Made by a program: the position numbers and the translations under genes. A stretch of DNA of 64,000 nt from an uncultured Thermococci archaeon (lineage in GTDB: Archaea; Methanobacteriota_B; Thermococci; Methanofastidiosales; B48-G16). The DNA lies in NCBI GenBank assembly GCA_964595645.1, contig CAZQQT010000007.1, forward strand, positions 64,001-128,000, written 5' to 3'. The notes under the pieces were generated by a model that was not told the origin of the DNA, ran no database searches, and saw only the letters and a list, made by a program, of their open reading frames with translations. This document shows, in pieces, positions 40,703 through 49,960 of this stretch (positions are counted from its first letter, which is position 1; every line of letters begins with the position of its first letter).

Positions 40703-41734
40703 TCATAATCTCAAAAGTGCTCCTTTTTCCAATAGGTATTTGATTAAGGCAGGAATTGGACCGGGTATGCCCACAGGACTGAAGGAGATCAACCCGTTGA
40801 TATCACCGAGACTTATCACCAAGGGTGTCTTCAATTTCCTATACGTCCTTAAGGATCGGCCTTCTCGGCTCCTTACAATATTTTCCGATATTATTCGAGA
40901 ATGGGAATCTGCATTATGTCCTGTTTTCTCTTCGTCTATGTCGGTTATATCGCCACCGGCAAAAATGGTAGAATAACCTTTCACTTGGAGGTGTTTGTTG
41001 ACCTTTAACGATCCATTTTCAGCGAACGATGACTCATCAAACCTTTGAAATATCCCCGTGTCGTAGCCCAGCCCAGCACTCCATATGCATACATTCGCAT
41101 CGATCTCTCTGCCGTTATCAGTTTCAAATTTACCGTGTTCACGATCGATGACCTTCTCACCAAATATCAGTTTAACGCCGTTCTTCCTGAGATATCTCTC
41201 TGCAAAGAAAGAAGCCATCGGGGGATTCCTCTCGATCAGTCTCTTGTGGGAATGAACCAACACTATCTTTTTATCAGTCTTCGATGCCAGTTCCGCAGCA
41301 GCTTCAGTGCCTATCAGGCCGCCACCCACTATCAGTATAGTATCTGCCTTTTTGACCCTTCTTGACAGCTTTTTTACGTCTTTTCCTGAGTTGAGTGTGA
41401 AAACATCGCGCGTATCATCCAGATAGATCGGGTATCGAGCGCCCAACGCTACCACTAAGATATCGAACTCTGATCTCCTTTCGTCCGTAGAAAAGTATTC
41501 CGGAGTGATCGTGACCACTCTCTCGCTGATGATCTCAGCGTTATCTAAAAATTGAGAATAGCGTTTGATAATCTTTTCGTGATACTCAGGATCGGTAATT
41601 AATTTAGGTAAAGAGGGGTAGTACTCGAAATACTCCTTTTCATCAATCAGAAACACCTCGAGATCCTTCTTCCGATCCAGTCTTTTTGCGACCATCGACC
41701 CGCAGAACCCTCCTCCTAGGATCGCTACTTTCAT
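40703..41734 (-). CDS. FAD-dependent pyridine nucleotide oxidoreductase (NDH-2/AIFM2-like)
   Basis: ILGGGFCG, IVGGGLIGTE.AAE, LQV.G...IFAGGD, EEKTG. Confidence 0.85.
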   Translation of the reverse strand: MKVAILGGGFCGSMVAKRLDRKKDLEVFLIDEKEYFEYYPSLPKLITDPEYHEKIIKRYSQFLDNAEIISERVVTITPEYFSTDERRSEFDILVVALGARYPIYLDDTRDVFTLNSGKDVKKLSRRVKKADTILIVGGGLIGTEAAAELASKTDKKIVLVHSHKRLIERNPPMASFFAERYLRKNGVKLIFGEKVIDREHGKFETDNGREIDANVCIWSAGLGYDTGIFQRFDESSFAENGSLKVNKHLQVKGYSTIFAGGDITDIDEEKTGHNADSHSRIISENIVRSREGRSLRTYRKLKTPLVISLGDINGLISFSPVGIPGPIPALIKYLLEKGALLRL

Positions 41735-41958
41735 ATTTGTATAGAATTTTAGATAGATAAATAGTTTATGTTTGTTTTTTATCCAGATAGAACGATGGAA
41801 AAGATACTTCGGATGTCCTCCCCATCCTGCTCTTTATTTTAAAATTTCTTACAGAAATTATCGTTGCAATATTTTATCTTTTATATAAACCGAGAATAGA
41901 AATAAATTAAAAAAACATTTTTCTATACCAACTGAGAAAGTATGAAGAGGAGTAACAA

Positions 41959-42597
41959 ATGCTGAATGCTGTAGTAGAAACCTTGAAAGAGGGTATAGAC
42001 CTAGAAAATCTTCGAATCCACGGAAAAAGCTTTAAAAAGGGGAGAATGGCGCACCACGAGTATTTTTTTCTCACTGTTGAGACGGACGAGGAAAGTAAAC
42101 GGTTGATGCGTGTGAGTCTGTACCACGGAGACCCTCCTCATTACCATCCCTGGATAGAACTCTTTGGTATCACCCCCGAGCTCACCATCGGTGATAAGAA
42201 GATTGATTTTTTCGATTCGGAACTCGAGGACGCGATTCTAGATCTCTTCTCTCGTCCACTCGGGAAGGGAGGAAGAATTTTCATCGAGTACTACGATGAT
42301 CCGGAAACGAGAAACATGTTATCCGTTGGTGTTCCGAAAAGCTGTACCCGACTCGGATTCAAACTTTTTGAGCGAGGGGTTACCTGGTTTAAGGATTGGT
42401 ACTTTGCTGAAGGGTTCCGTGAAGGGGGACAGAAACTGCAGGCTGAAAAACCCATAGATAAAGAACACAGGAAAAAACATCTGCGATCGATCAAACGTAA
42501 CGCGATGGACTTCCTAAAAAGAAAAGAAGAAAACAAAGATAAATTTAATAAAAGAGCAAGATCACTAATAAACCAGCTAGACGTGGATGGTGAGTAG
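41959..42597 (+). CDS. DUF1122 family protein
   Basis: PWIELF, IFIEYYDDPET, TRLGFKL..G.TWFKDWYFAEG.REGGQKLQAEKP. Confidence 0.85.
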   Translation: MLNAVVETLKEGIDLENLRIHGKSFKKGRMAHHEYFFLTVETDEESKRLMRVSLYHGDPPHYHPWIELFGITPELTIGDKKIDFFDSELEDAILDLFSRPLGKGGRIFIEYYDDPETRNMLSVGVPKSCTRLGFKLFERGVTWFKDWYFAEGFREGGQKLQAEKPIDKEHRKKHLRSIKRNAMDFLKRKEENKDKFNKRARSLINQLDVDGE

Positions 42598-42682
42598 ATG
42601 AACCAAGCGTGATAACTCGCAACTCTCATCGCCATGCGAAGATACCGATCAAACAAAGGTTATTAACCATTAAAATCAATGA

Positions 42683-43024
42683 GTGTATATGGAAAAACGA
42701 CGGGTGACTATTTCGATTCTCACCGGCGCAGTACTCGGCGTATTGTGCATTATCGGCGTAGGTACGAGGATCGGGTTCGAGGAGAACGAACTCTTCCTGT
42801 TCGCCATGTGGTACAACAGAGTGCTCATGGGGCTGGTGGTTGGGTTCGCCGGCGATATCACGATCATCGATGCTGATACGAACTGTATTGTTCGGGGACT
42901 GCTACTCGGTCTACTGGTCACATCGGCGATAACACTCACCAGCGGTTTCATGGATTGGCCCAGTTTTTTCGCCGGTATCGCGTACGGTGTCATCATCGAT
43001 GGAGTGGCAACGAAGTGGGGATAA
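42683..43024 (+). CDS. Small four-TM membrane protein
   Basis: GAVLGVLCIIG, WYNRVLMG, RGLLLG, FFAGIAYG. Confidence 0.75.
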   Translation: MYMEKRRVTISILTGAVLGVLCIIGVGTRIGFEENELFLFAMWYNRVLMGLVVGFAGDITIIDADTNCIVRGLLLGLLVTSAITLTSGFMDWPSFFAGIAYGVIIDGVATKWG

Positions 43025-43160
43025 CAGGACTACGATCGTTATCTTGTAGTATGTTCTATTATAAACTACCTCCGTAAGTCTGTATCCTTTTTCAGAATGC
43101 AAAATATTAATTGTCAATTTGAAATGCATTTTTGTAGTTTAAAAGTCTCTAGAAAAGAGT

Positions 43161-44519
43161 TTATAGGCTATTTATCTTGTCCACGTAGACATCTGCATCA
43201 AATTTTCGCTTCAGTCCGCTCGCGCTCATATACCGCACCTTCCCATATATCGGTCGCTCCTTCCACGCCCGATCATGCTTCCCAAAACACCACGCGACAC
43301 CGGCATACCCATTCGGATCCCGTCCATCGAGCTCGTACGTATCGTTGAGTGTGACAGCTATCCGGTACGCCTCCTTCGGCGTCTCTGCCCACTCGAGAAT
43401 CTTCTTGCCCCAGTACATCCGCATGTAGCTATGCATCTTTCCCGTTTTCACCATCTCCATCTGGGCGGCATTCCAGTACGGATCATGTGTCTCTGCACGG
43501 TCGAGCTGCTCGCATGTGTACGTGTACTCTCGTGGATCCTTTTCATGTGCCATGAGCGTCTCTCTCGCCCAGCCGGTGACCGCATCGAACCTATCGTAGT
43601 GGTCATTGTAGGAGACGAAGTTTATCGCAAGCTCCCTCCGGACGATCAGCTGCTCGAGGAAGGCATCCTGCGCCTCTTTTTCTACTTCCGCGTTCCGCAC
43701 ACTCAGTGCGATCTGAATAGGCGAGATCTGTCCAAAATGAAGGTAGGGACTGAGATCGGAGATACACGCTGCCGTCGGATCATTACTGCACGTAGGATAT
43801 TGCTCCAGCCGATCCCTGATGAACGTGCGCATTCGCGTTTCCGCGGGGGAATACCCACCGGTAAACTGCGATGATGGACCAACACTCGTATCGATATCGA
43901 GATCGTCCAGCAGTTTCTCCGTGTGCTCAACAGATATCTCAGCGAGATCGTAGTCACGCGAAGATACCTTCACCTTTCGCTGTGGCACCGGCGTCAACAA
44001 TCGGGGGAGATTGGTGGTGATCTTCTTTCTGATGGTGTAGGCAGCGTACTCCTCCTTCTCTGATGCCTGCTCAACAGGAACCGCGACATCGGTTTCCACC
44101 TGTACTACACGACAGTCCAGATGGACGAGTTGCTGCCGCCATGCTCTGAGATGTCGAAGGTAACCGCGGTCCGTGACGACAAGTGCCGCATCCTCGCCGA
44201 GATCGGCGGCTCCTTTCCATGGAACCGTTTTCTCCACAACAAAATGGATTCCTCGTTTCTTCAGTGCGTTCTTCACTTCTTTCAATCCCTCGAGCATGAA
44301 CATGTAATGTCGGAGATTCGCCGCAGGGTATCTATCAGTCAGGCCGAAGTAGACGAGTACGGGCAGTCCCATCCCATTGGCTCGCTCAATCGCATACTCC
44401 AGTGCATGGTTATAGACCGTTCGCTGTGCGTGCTGCATCCAGTAGAGCACATACTCCTTCCCAGGCCGCTCATTGTACTCATTTAACTCCTGAATCCTCG
44501 CTCTATCGATCTCTCCCAT
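43161..44519 (-). CDS. phr: Class II CPD DNA photolyase
   Basis: VLYWMQ..QR..NHAL, LSPYLHFGQIS, EQLIVRRELA, THDPYWNAAQ, MHSYMRMYWGKKILEW, DGRDPNG. Confidence 0.95.
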   Translation of the reverse strand: MGEIDRARIQELNEYNERPGKEYVLYWMQHAQRTVYNHALEYAIERANGMGLPVLVYFGLTDRYPAANLRHYMFMLEGLKEVKNALKKRGIHFVVEKTVPWKGAADLGEDAALVVTDRGYLRHLRAWRQQLVHLDCRVVQVETDVAVPVEQASEKEEYAAYTIRKKITTNLPRLLTPVPQRKVKVSSRDYDLAEISVEHTEKLLDDLDIDTSVGPSSQFTGGYSPAETRMRTFIRDRLEQYPTCSNDPTAACISDLSPYLHFGQISPIQIALSVRNAEVEKEAQDAFLEQLIVRRELAINFVSYNDHYDRFDAVTGWARETLMAHEKDPREYTYTCEQLDRAETHDPYWNAAQMEMVKTGKMHSYMRMYWGKKILEWAETPKEAYRIAVTLNDTYELDGRDPNGYAGVAWCFGKHDRAWKERPIYGKVRYMSASGLKRKFDADVYVDKINSL

Positions 44520-44609
44520 GCGTGTTCCTCAGTATGCTCTTCTCATTGAAAAATAAAAGTGTGTCGTTTGAACCGAAATATATTTTACGCTGGGGAACGA
44601 GAGACAGTA

Positions 44610-46181
44610 ATGAAAACGAAATACCTACTCATCATCTCGTTGCTCTTCCTCATTGTCGGCGCCGCTGGGTTACAGTACGTCCCATCTCATATCCCGAGGG
44701 ACACATACACTGTTCGTACACCCGACAATGTCACTATTTCTTACACGCTTTACCGACCTGCATCTCTCCCTGCACCAGTAGTGGTCATCGGGCACGGCGT
44801 GAGTGTCAACAAGGAGATGATGGAAGGGTTTGCGGTGGATCTCGCGGCGAACGGATACATCGTGGCAGTCTTAGACTGGCGTGGCCATGGAAGAAGTACC
44901 GGCGAGCTCAGGAATCGAGCGGATCTCTTAGTGGATCTTGACTCAGTTATCAACGATATTCCATCGCATGTCAATGCCAAGATGGAAGATCTCGTACTCA
45001 TGGGGTACTCCATGGGCGGATCTCCCACGTACCAGTACGCATCTACACATAACACAGCGGCGTGGATAGGACTCGGTACCGGAATTCCTGAAGACATTGA
45101 AACACCGGACAATACGTTAGTCGTCATCGGGAAATACGACGAGGCGTTCTCGCCGGAGACAGTGAGAGCATCGATGGGAAGTATAGTCAGAGGGACTATC
45201 GAGTACAATACACGCTACGGATCCTTCACCGATGGCTCCGCCAGAAAGGTCCATCTCATTGGCACTGCAGATCATCTTATCGTTCCATGGCACCCCAACG
45301 CGATTACCAGCGTAACCCGGTGGGTAGCACGCACATTTGGAGAGGAGAAACCAGCATCAACATTTCTTCCGCGGATGGTACTGCTTGTCCTCGGTACGCT
45401 CGGGTTCCTCGGACTCCTCTACAGCGTATCCTTTCTCCTCACGAAAATTCTGGGAGTGGAATGGCACAGTGATACTCCTTCTCTCTCGGTATCATCGTTT
45501 CTAGGACGGTACTACGAATTCACGCTACTATTGGTTCCTTCGATGATTCTGTTCGTCCCGCTTTTCTTCACACCTCTCCCCTTCACCGCGCTTATCACCA
45601 TGTTCACAGGCGGGTTTGGGGTAGGTGTGGGTGTATGTACATGGAGAATCCTGAAAAAGAAGGAGCAATCCATACGAACAATCCTTTCACGATCACTCTC
45701 GCAGAAAAAAATGTGGCTACTCTCGCTTGTCATCACCGTTCTTGCACTGGTGAGCGTGTATCTACTCATTGGGCGGCATTTCCTCGGGATGGTTCCCTCA
45801 ATGCCAAAACTACCGTACCTCCCACTCTACATACTCGTGCTCTTCGTTGTGTTCCTGTTCTACACACTATTTATCCAAAAAATCGCTCTCCCGATCCTTG
45901 TACCGCATACCGGATGGCTCGGTGCCCCACTCCTCATCTTTCTCCTGATCTACTCGTGGTTTGCGGGTGTCATCCTCGGACTCTGTCTCCTCCAGGGCAG
46001 CTTCTTCCTGGTCACGGTATTGATCATGATGGCGCCTATCTTCCTCTTCATGAGTTGGTTCAGTGCTGTGATGGAACGCCTCACCGGATCGATACTGCCG
46101 TCTACCGTACTTCACGCGGTGCTGCTCGGAACTATTGTCACCGCAATCACGCCTTTCACGCACACACTGAACTTTTTATGA
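44610..46181 (+). CDS. Alpha/beta hydrolase with C-terminal multi-TM domain
   Basis: Signal/TM, GHG, DWRGHGRS, GYSMGG nucleophile, D and H; about eight TM helices at the C-terminus. Confidence 0.8.
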   Translation: MKTKYLLIISLLFLIVGAAGLQYVPSHIPRDTYTVRTPDNVTISYTLYRPASLPAPVVVIGHGVSVNKEMMEGFAVDLAANGYIVAVLDWRGHGRSTGELRNRADLLVDLDSVINDIPSHVNAKMEDLVLMGYSMGGSPTYQYASTHNTAAWIGLGTGIPEDIETPDNTLVVIGKYDEAFSPETVRASMGSIVRGTIEYNTRYGSFTDGSARKVHLIGTADHLIVPWHPNAITSVTRWVARTFGEEKPASTFLPRMVLLVLGTLGFLGLLYSVSFLLTKILGVEWHSDTPSLSVSSFLGRYYEFTLLLVPSMILFVPLFFTPLPFTALITMFTGGFGVGVGVCTWRILKKKEQSIRTILSRSLSQKKMWLLSLVITVLALVSVYLLIGRHFLGMVPSMPKLPYLPLYILVLFVVFLFYTLFIQKIALPILVPHTGWLGAPLLIFLLIYSWFAGVILGLCLLQGSFFLVTVLIMMAPIFLFMSWFSAVMERLTGSILPSTVLHAVLLGTIVTAITPFTHTLNFL

Positions 46182-46183
46182 TG

Positions 46184-46825
46184 CTAGTGGGGCTCCACCG
46201 TTTTTGCAATGTGTTCCCCGCCTTTTTCCGGCACGATCCTGAGGAAGAACTGCACTACAGGTCCAATAGCGAGGGCGAAGGCCACCGTCCCCACACCAAC
46301 TGGTCCCCCAAGGAAAAACCCGGTAACGAGGACCGAGATCTCGATGGAGTTCCGGACGAACCGGATACTTCTCCCTGTTTTCTTACTCAGTCCCAGCATC
46401 AGGCTGTCCCGTGGACCGGCACCGAGGTTTGAGTTGATGTATAGTCCCGAGCCGATCCCCACGAAAATCACGCCCCCTGCTAACATGGCAGCCTGCGAGA
46501 CATAGCCATTCATGTAGGGAACGTAGGGATTGATAATATCGATGAAGAACCCGATGAAGAACATATTGAGCAGCGTCCCGATCCCCGGATAGATACCGAG
46601 GAAACATGAGAGAATAATGATAATAAGCCCGACGAGCTGTGAGATTCTTCCCAGTGTTAACGGCACGTGGTGCGTTACACCGACATGGAACACCCCCCAC
46701 GGACTCATTCCCAGATCCGCCTTGAGCATGAAGACAATACCCGCAGCAAACATGAAAAACCCTGCCATGATCTGCACGTAGGCGAGGGGATCTCTGTTAT
46801 CGAGGTGAAACTTATCCGTGTCCAT
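46184..46825 (-). CDS. YczE/YyaS/YitT family membrane protein
   Basis: LGMSPW, PGIGTLLNM, LGAGPRDSLM, LGGPVGVGT. Confidence 0.88.
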   Translation of the reverse strand: MDTDKFHLDNRDPLAYVQIMAGFFMFAAGIVFMLKADLGMSPWGVFHVGVTHHVPLTLGRISQLVGLIIIILSCFLGIYPGIGTLLNMFFIGFFIDIINPYVPYMNGYVSQAAMLAGGVIFVGIGSGLYINSNLGAGPRDSLMLGLSKKTGRSIRFVRNSIEISVLVTGFFLGGPVGVGTVAFALAIGPVVQFFLRIVPEKGGEHIAKTVEPH

Positions 46826-47118
46826 ACCTCACTTGCAGAGTATATACATTTAAGAGGGTTTGCCCTATCAGTACAGTGAATACTTCTCCTAGTCTATAGT
46901 GTAATTTCCCTTCAGATGGTCCTGGTGCTGAGTACCAACGCTCTCCTTTTTCACGCTTCCAGAGAATATCCTCCATATCAACATTTGAACAAAGAGATGG
47001 GTTTTGCTTTTAAATCTATATAATTCTACTATTCTATATTTGGAGAAAAATAAACAGCTACCACCCAATAGGATGATTCATCAGTACTTTATTTTTGCAC
47101 TATTTTATTACCGTACCT

Positions 47119-47373
47119 TCACCTATCTAATCCATGATAGATATCCTTTCTGTGCCCTACTGTCACTATAAACACTTTTTTCTCTTCTTTATCTATTTCA
47201 AAAATCACTCTGTACTTTCCCACTCTCAAACTCCATAGATCGATGCCCTTCAAATGTTTTCCAAAGGACTGAGGAGTTTTTCCTCACTTTTTTTATCTTA
47301 TTCTGTTCTCATTTTCTTTATCTACCCTGATAAGAATTTTTACCGCTTCGTCTGAGAGGAACATCTCATGCAT
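47119..47373 (-). pseudogene. RelE/ParE family toxin pseudogene
   Basis: MHEMFLSDEAVKILIRVDKENENRIR*KK*GKTPQSFGKHLKGIDLWSLRVGKYRVIFEID...VGHRKDIY; in-frame stops at 47293-47295 and 47284-47286. Confidence 0.85.
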
Positions 47374-47374
47374 T

Positions 47375-47560
47375 TTAACACTTATCAGCTATTTTCTCAT
47401 ATTCCTCTAACGAAACAACATCTCCTTTCTCAATATCTCTCTTACCTCGCCCCACACTCTCCATTAACTCTTTGTCAAAGAGTATACTCAGAATTTCTTC
47501 CATCTCCTCGACTTTCATTTTCAATTCTTTGAACTCTTCTTTTGTAACCTGTACAGACAT
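47375..47560 (-). CDS. RelB-type archaeal antitoxin
   Basis: EILSILFDKELMESVGRGKRDIEKGDVVSLEE; directly upstream of the relE remnant; GGAGG SD. Confidence 0.78.
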   Translation of the reverse strand: MSVQVTKEEFKELKMKVEEMEEILSILFDKELMESVGRGKRDIEKGDVVSLEEYEKIADKC

Positions 47561-47785
47561 GCTTCCTCCTTACTACAACACTATTCAAATTTATTTATCA
47601 TTAGATCCACTCCTCAATAAAAAAATCTTTTTCCTTCTCGCAGACAGGCTTCTTTCATGTCTCCCACTAATAATTCTTCGCGTCTGTATCTTCTACTAGG
47701 TCGTTTTACCCTCTAAAGAGCAATAATACTGATTGGGGAATCTCCACAACCGTCGTGTTTCAAAAGAAAAGTAAAAAAGAAAAAA

Positions 47786-48811
47786 TTAAAACCGTCGGTG
47801 AATCTCGAGCATATCGGTGAGCATGGCGTACCCAGCAGTGGACGCACCTGCACCGGGTCCTACAACGGTGACGTCACCGGTGACATCGGTCTCAAAGGAA
47901 ATCGCGTTCAGCACGCCCATGACATTTGCCAGCGGATCGGTGAGCGGGATCGGCTCCGGTTTCACCTGTGCTTTTACCTCACCGTCCTCTCGCCACGCCT
48001 TGCCGATGAGTTTTATTCGTTTTCCATCGTTTTTCGCCTGGTTCACATCGTCCAGATTGATATTCGTAATACCTTCACACGGGACATCGTCTAGTTTGAC
48101 GTTGCCGTCCATGACGGCATTGGCGAGGATCACGATTTTCGCGAGGGGATCGTGGCCCTCCACATCCGCGGTAGGGTCCGTCTCGGCGTAGCCCTTCTCC
48201 TGCGCCTCTGTGAGGACCTCATCGTACGCTCGTCCCTCCTCCATGTTGGTGAGGATGTAGTTGGTCGTGCCGTTGAGAATCCCTCTGATACTTCTGATAT
48301 CGCAGCCCGCAAGATCCCTCGTGCCGAGGTTGATGGCCGGGGTACCGGAGAGTACCGTCCCTTCGATTCCCATGTACGCGTTGTGTTCCTTAGCGATCTC
48401 CATCAGCTCATGGTACTGTAAGGCGGCGGGGCCTTTGTTCGTGGAGACGATGTGTTTCCCATTTTCCAACGCCGTTCGGTAGTGGGTGAGGCCCGGCTCG
48501 CCCGTCTCGATGTTCGTAGGCGTCGCCTCTACCACGATATCCACATCGGGCTTTTTGATCATCTCAACGCTTTTCAATCCTGTCTGTTCCGCCGGATAAT
48601 CCTTGATTTTTCCTTTCTCCTCGTTCATCTTCAGTACCTTACCGAGATCGAGTCCGCTATCATCGTAGATACTCCCTTTCACCACATCGCACACACCGAC
48701 AACATCGTACTCAAAGCCGTACTTCTTCGCCAAGTGCGCTTTCTTCCTGTGCATGATCTCGGCCAGTCCTGTCCCAACAATGCCGAGTCCTATAAAAACT
48801 ACGTTATACAT
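47786..48811 (-). CDS. hom: Homoserine dehydrogenase
   Basis: GLGIVG, VVEATPT, STNKGP, EGTVLSGTP, GILNGTTNYIL, GYAETDPTADVEG.D, GPGAG. Confidence 0.9.
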   Translation of the reverse strand: MYNVVFIGLGIVGTGLAEIMHRKKAHLAKKYGFEYDVVGVCDVVKGSIYDDSGLDLGKVLKMNEEKGKIKDYPAEQTGLKSVEMIKKPDVDIVVEATPTNIETGEPGLTHYRTALENGKHIVSTNKGPAALQYHELMEIAKEHNAYMGIEGTVLSGTPAINLGTRDLAGCDIRSIRGILNGTTNYILTNMEEGRAYDEVLTEAQEKGYAETDPTADVEGHDPLAKIVILANAVMDGNVKLDDVPCEGITNINLDDVNQAKNDGKRIKLIGKAWREDGEVKAQVKPEPIPLTDPLANVMGVLNAISFETDVTGDVTVVGPGAGASTAGYAMLTDMLEIHRRF

Positions 48812-49955
48812 TTTTTATCACCTCTTCTATGTTATCCATCGCCTTTTCTATATTCTCCATTGAGTTTGCGTAAGAAAGGCGTAAATACCCTTCGCCGTAG
48901 GTACCAAAAGCCGTTCCAGGTGTGACAGACACATTCGCTTCCTCCAGGAACCGTTTCCATACCTCTTCACTGGTGCCGTACTGTGAGATATTGGGGAACA
49001 CGTAGAACGCTCCCTTCGGCATGACCGTCGGGATACCCATCTCGTTGAGTCGTTTCACCAGGTACTGCCGTCGTGTATCGTACTCCTTTCTCATTTCCTC
49101 TACGCAACTCTGATCACCTTCCAATGCAGCCAGCGCGGCTCTCTGAGAAACGGCAGGAGCACAGATACTGGTGTAGACGCCGATCATCCCCATGGAGTGA
49201 ATGATCTCCTTTTTTCCAGCAGCGTAGCCAATTCGCCATCCCGTCATGGCGTACGCCTTGGAAAACCCATTGATCAGAACACAGCGTTCCTTCATCTCCG
49301 GGATGGACGCAATGGAGAAGTGTTTTTCTCCGTAGATAAGTTTCTCGTAAATTTCGTCGGTAAGTACGAGAAGATCGTTCTCTATCACGATATCAGCAAT
49401 TTTTCGTAGGTTTTTTTCCGAGATCACGCTTCCCGTCGGGTTCGCCGGAGAGTTGAGGATCAAGAGCTTCGTGTTCTCCGTGATTTTTTCCTCGAGATCG
49501 TCGGGGGTCAGCGCGAACTTGTTCTTCTCCTTCACCTGTACCGGCACCACACTAGCATTGAGAAATGCACCGACGTAGATATAGTTGAAGTATCCTGGAT
49601 CCTGGACGAGCACCTCATCTCCCGGATCGAGCACCGCCCGCATGAGGAGATCGATGGCATTACCGGCGCCACACGTCACCATGACCTCTTCCTCTGGATC
49701 CACGTTCACATTGTTTTCCCGTGTGAGTTTCTCCGCAATGGCATTTCTCAGCTCGGAGAGTCCAAAGTTCGAGGTGTAGTGTGTGTACTCCGATTCCAGT
49801 GCTTCTTTCCCGGCCTCAATAATGTGATCCGGCGTATCGAAGTCCGGTTCGCCAATAGAGAGGCTTGTGACCCCCTCGTACTCAGATGCAATGTTGAGAA
49901 TTTCCTCGAGCATGGAAGGAGGAGCGTTCTTTATCCGTTCTGCCGTCCATTTCAT
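48804..49955 (-). CDS. PLP-dependent aminotransferase class I/II (aspartate/aromatic type)
   Basis: GEPDFDTP, NSPANPTG, DEIY, NGFSKAYAMTGWRIG, GAFY, PGTAFG, YLRLSYA. Confidence 0.92.
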   Translation of the reverse strand: MKWTAERIKNAPPSMLEEILNIASEYEGVTSLSIGEPDFDTPDHIIEAGKEALESEYTHYTSNFGLSELRNAIAEKLTRENNVNVDPEEEVMVTCGAGNAIDLLMRAVLDPGDEVLVQDPGYFNYIYVGAFLNASVVPVQVKEKNKFALTPDDLEEKITENTKLLILNSPANPTGSVISEKNLRKIADIVIENDLLVLTDEIYEKLIYGEKHFSIASIPEMKERCVLINGFSKAYAMTGWRIGYAAGKKEIIHSMGMIGVYTSICAPAVSQRAALAALEGDQSCVEEMRKEYDTRRQYLVKRLNEMGIPTVMPKGAFYVFPNISQYGTSEEVWKRFLEEANVSVTPGTAFGTYGEGYLRLSYANSMENIEKAMDNIEEVIKNV

Positions 49956-49960
49956 TCAAA

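Noticed and set aside
45635-46432. 265-aa alternate-frame ORF, and similar overlapping ORFs throughout the track
   Set aside because: They overlap well-supported genes and have no recognisable domains.
33659-47295. In-frame stops in HEPN and RelE as recoding (Sec/Pyl or alternative code)
   Set aside because: Mostly TAA, accompanied by other lesions; the intact genes use standard stop codons.
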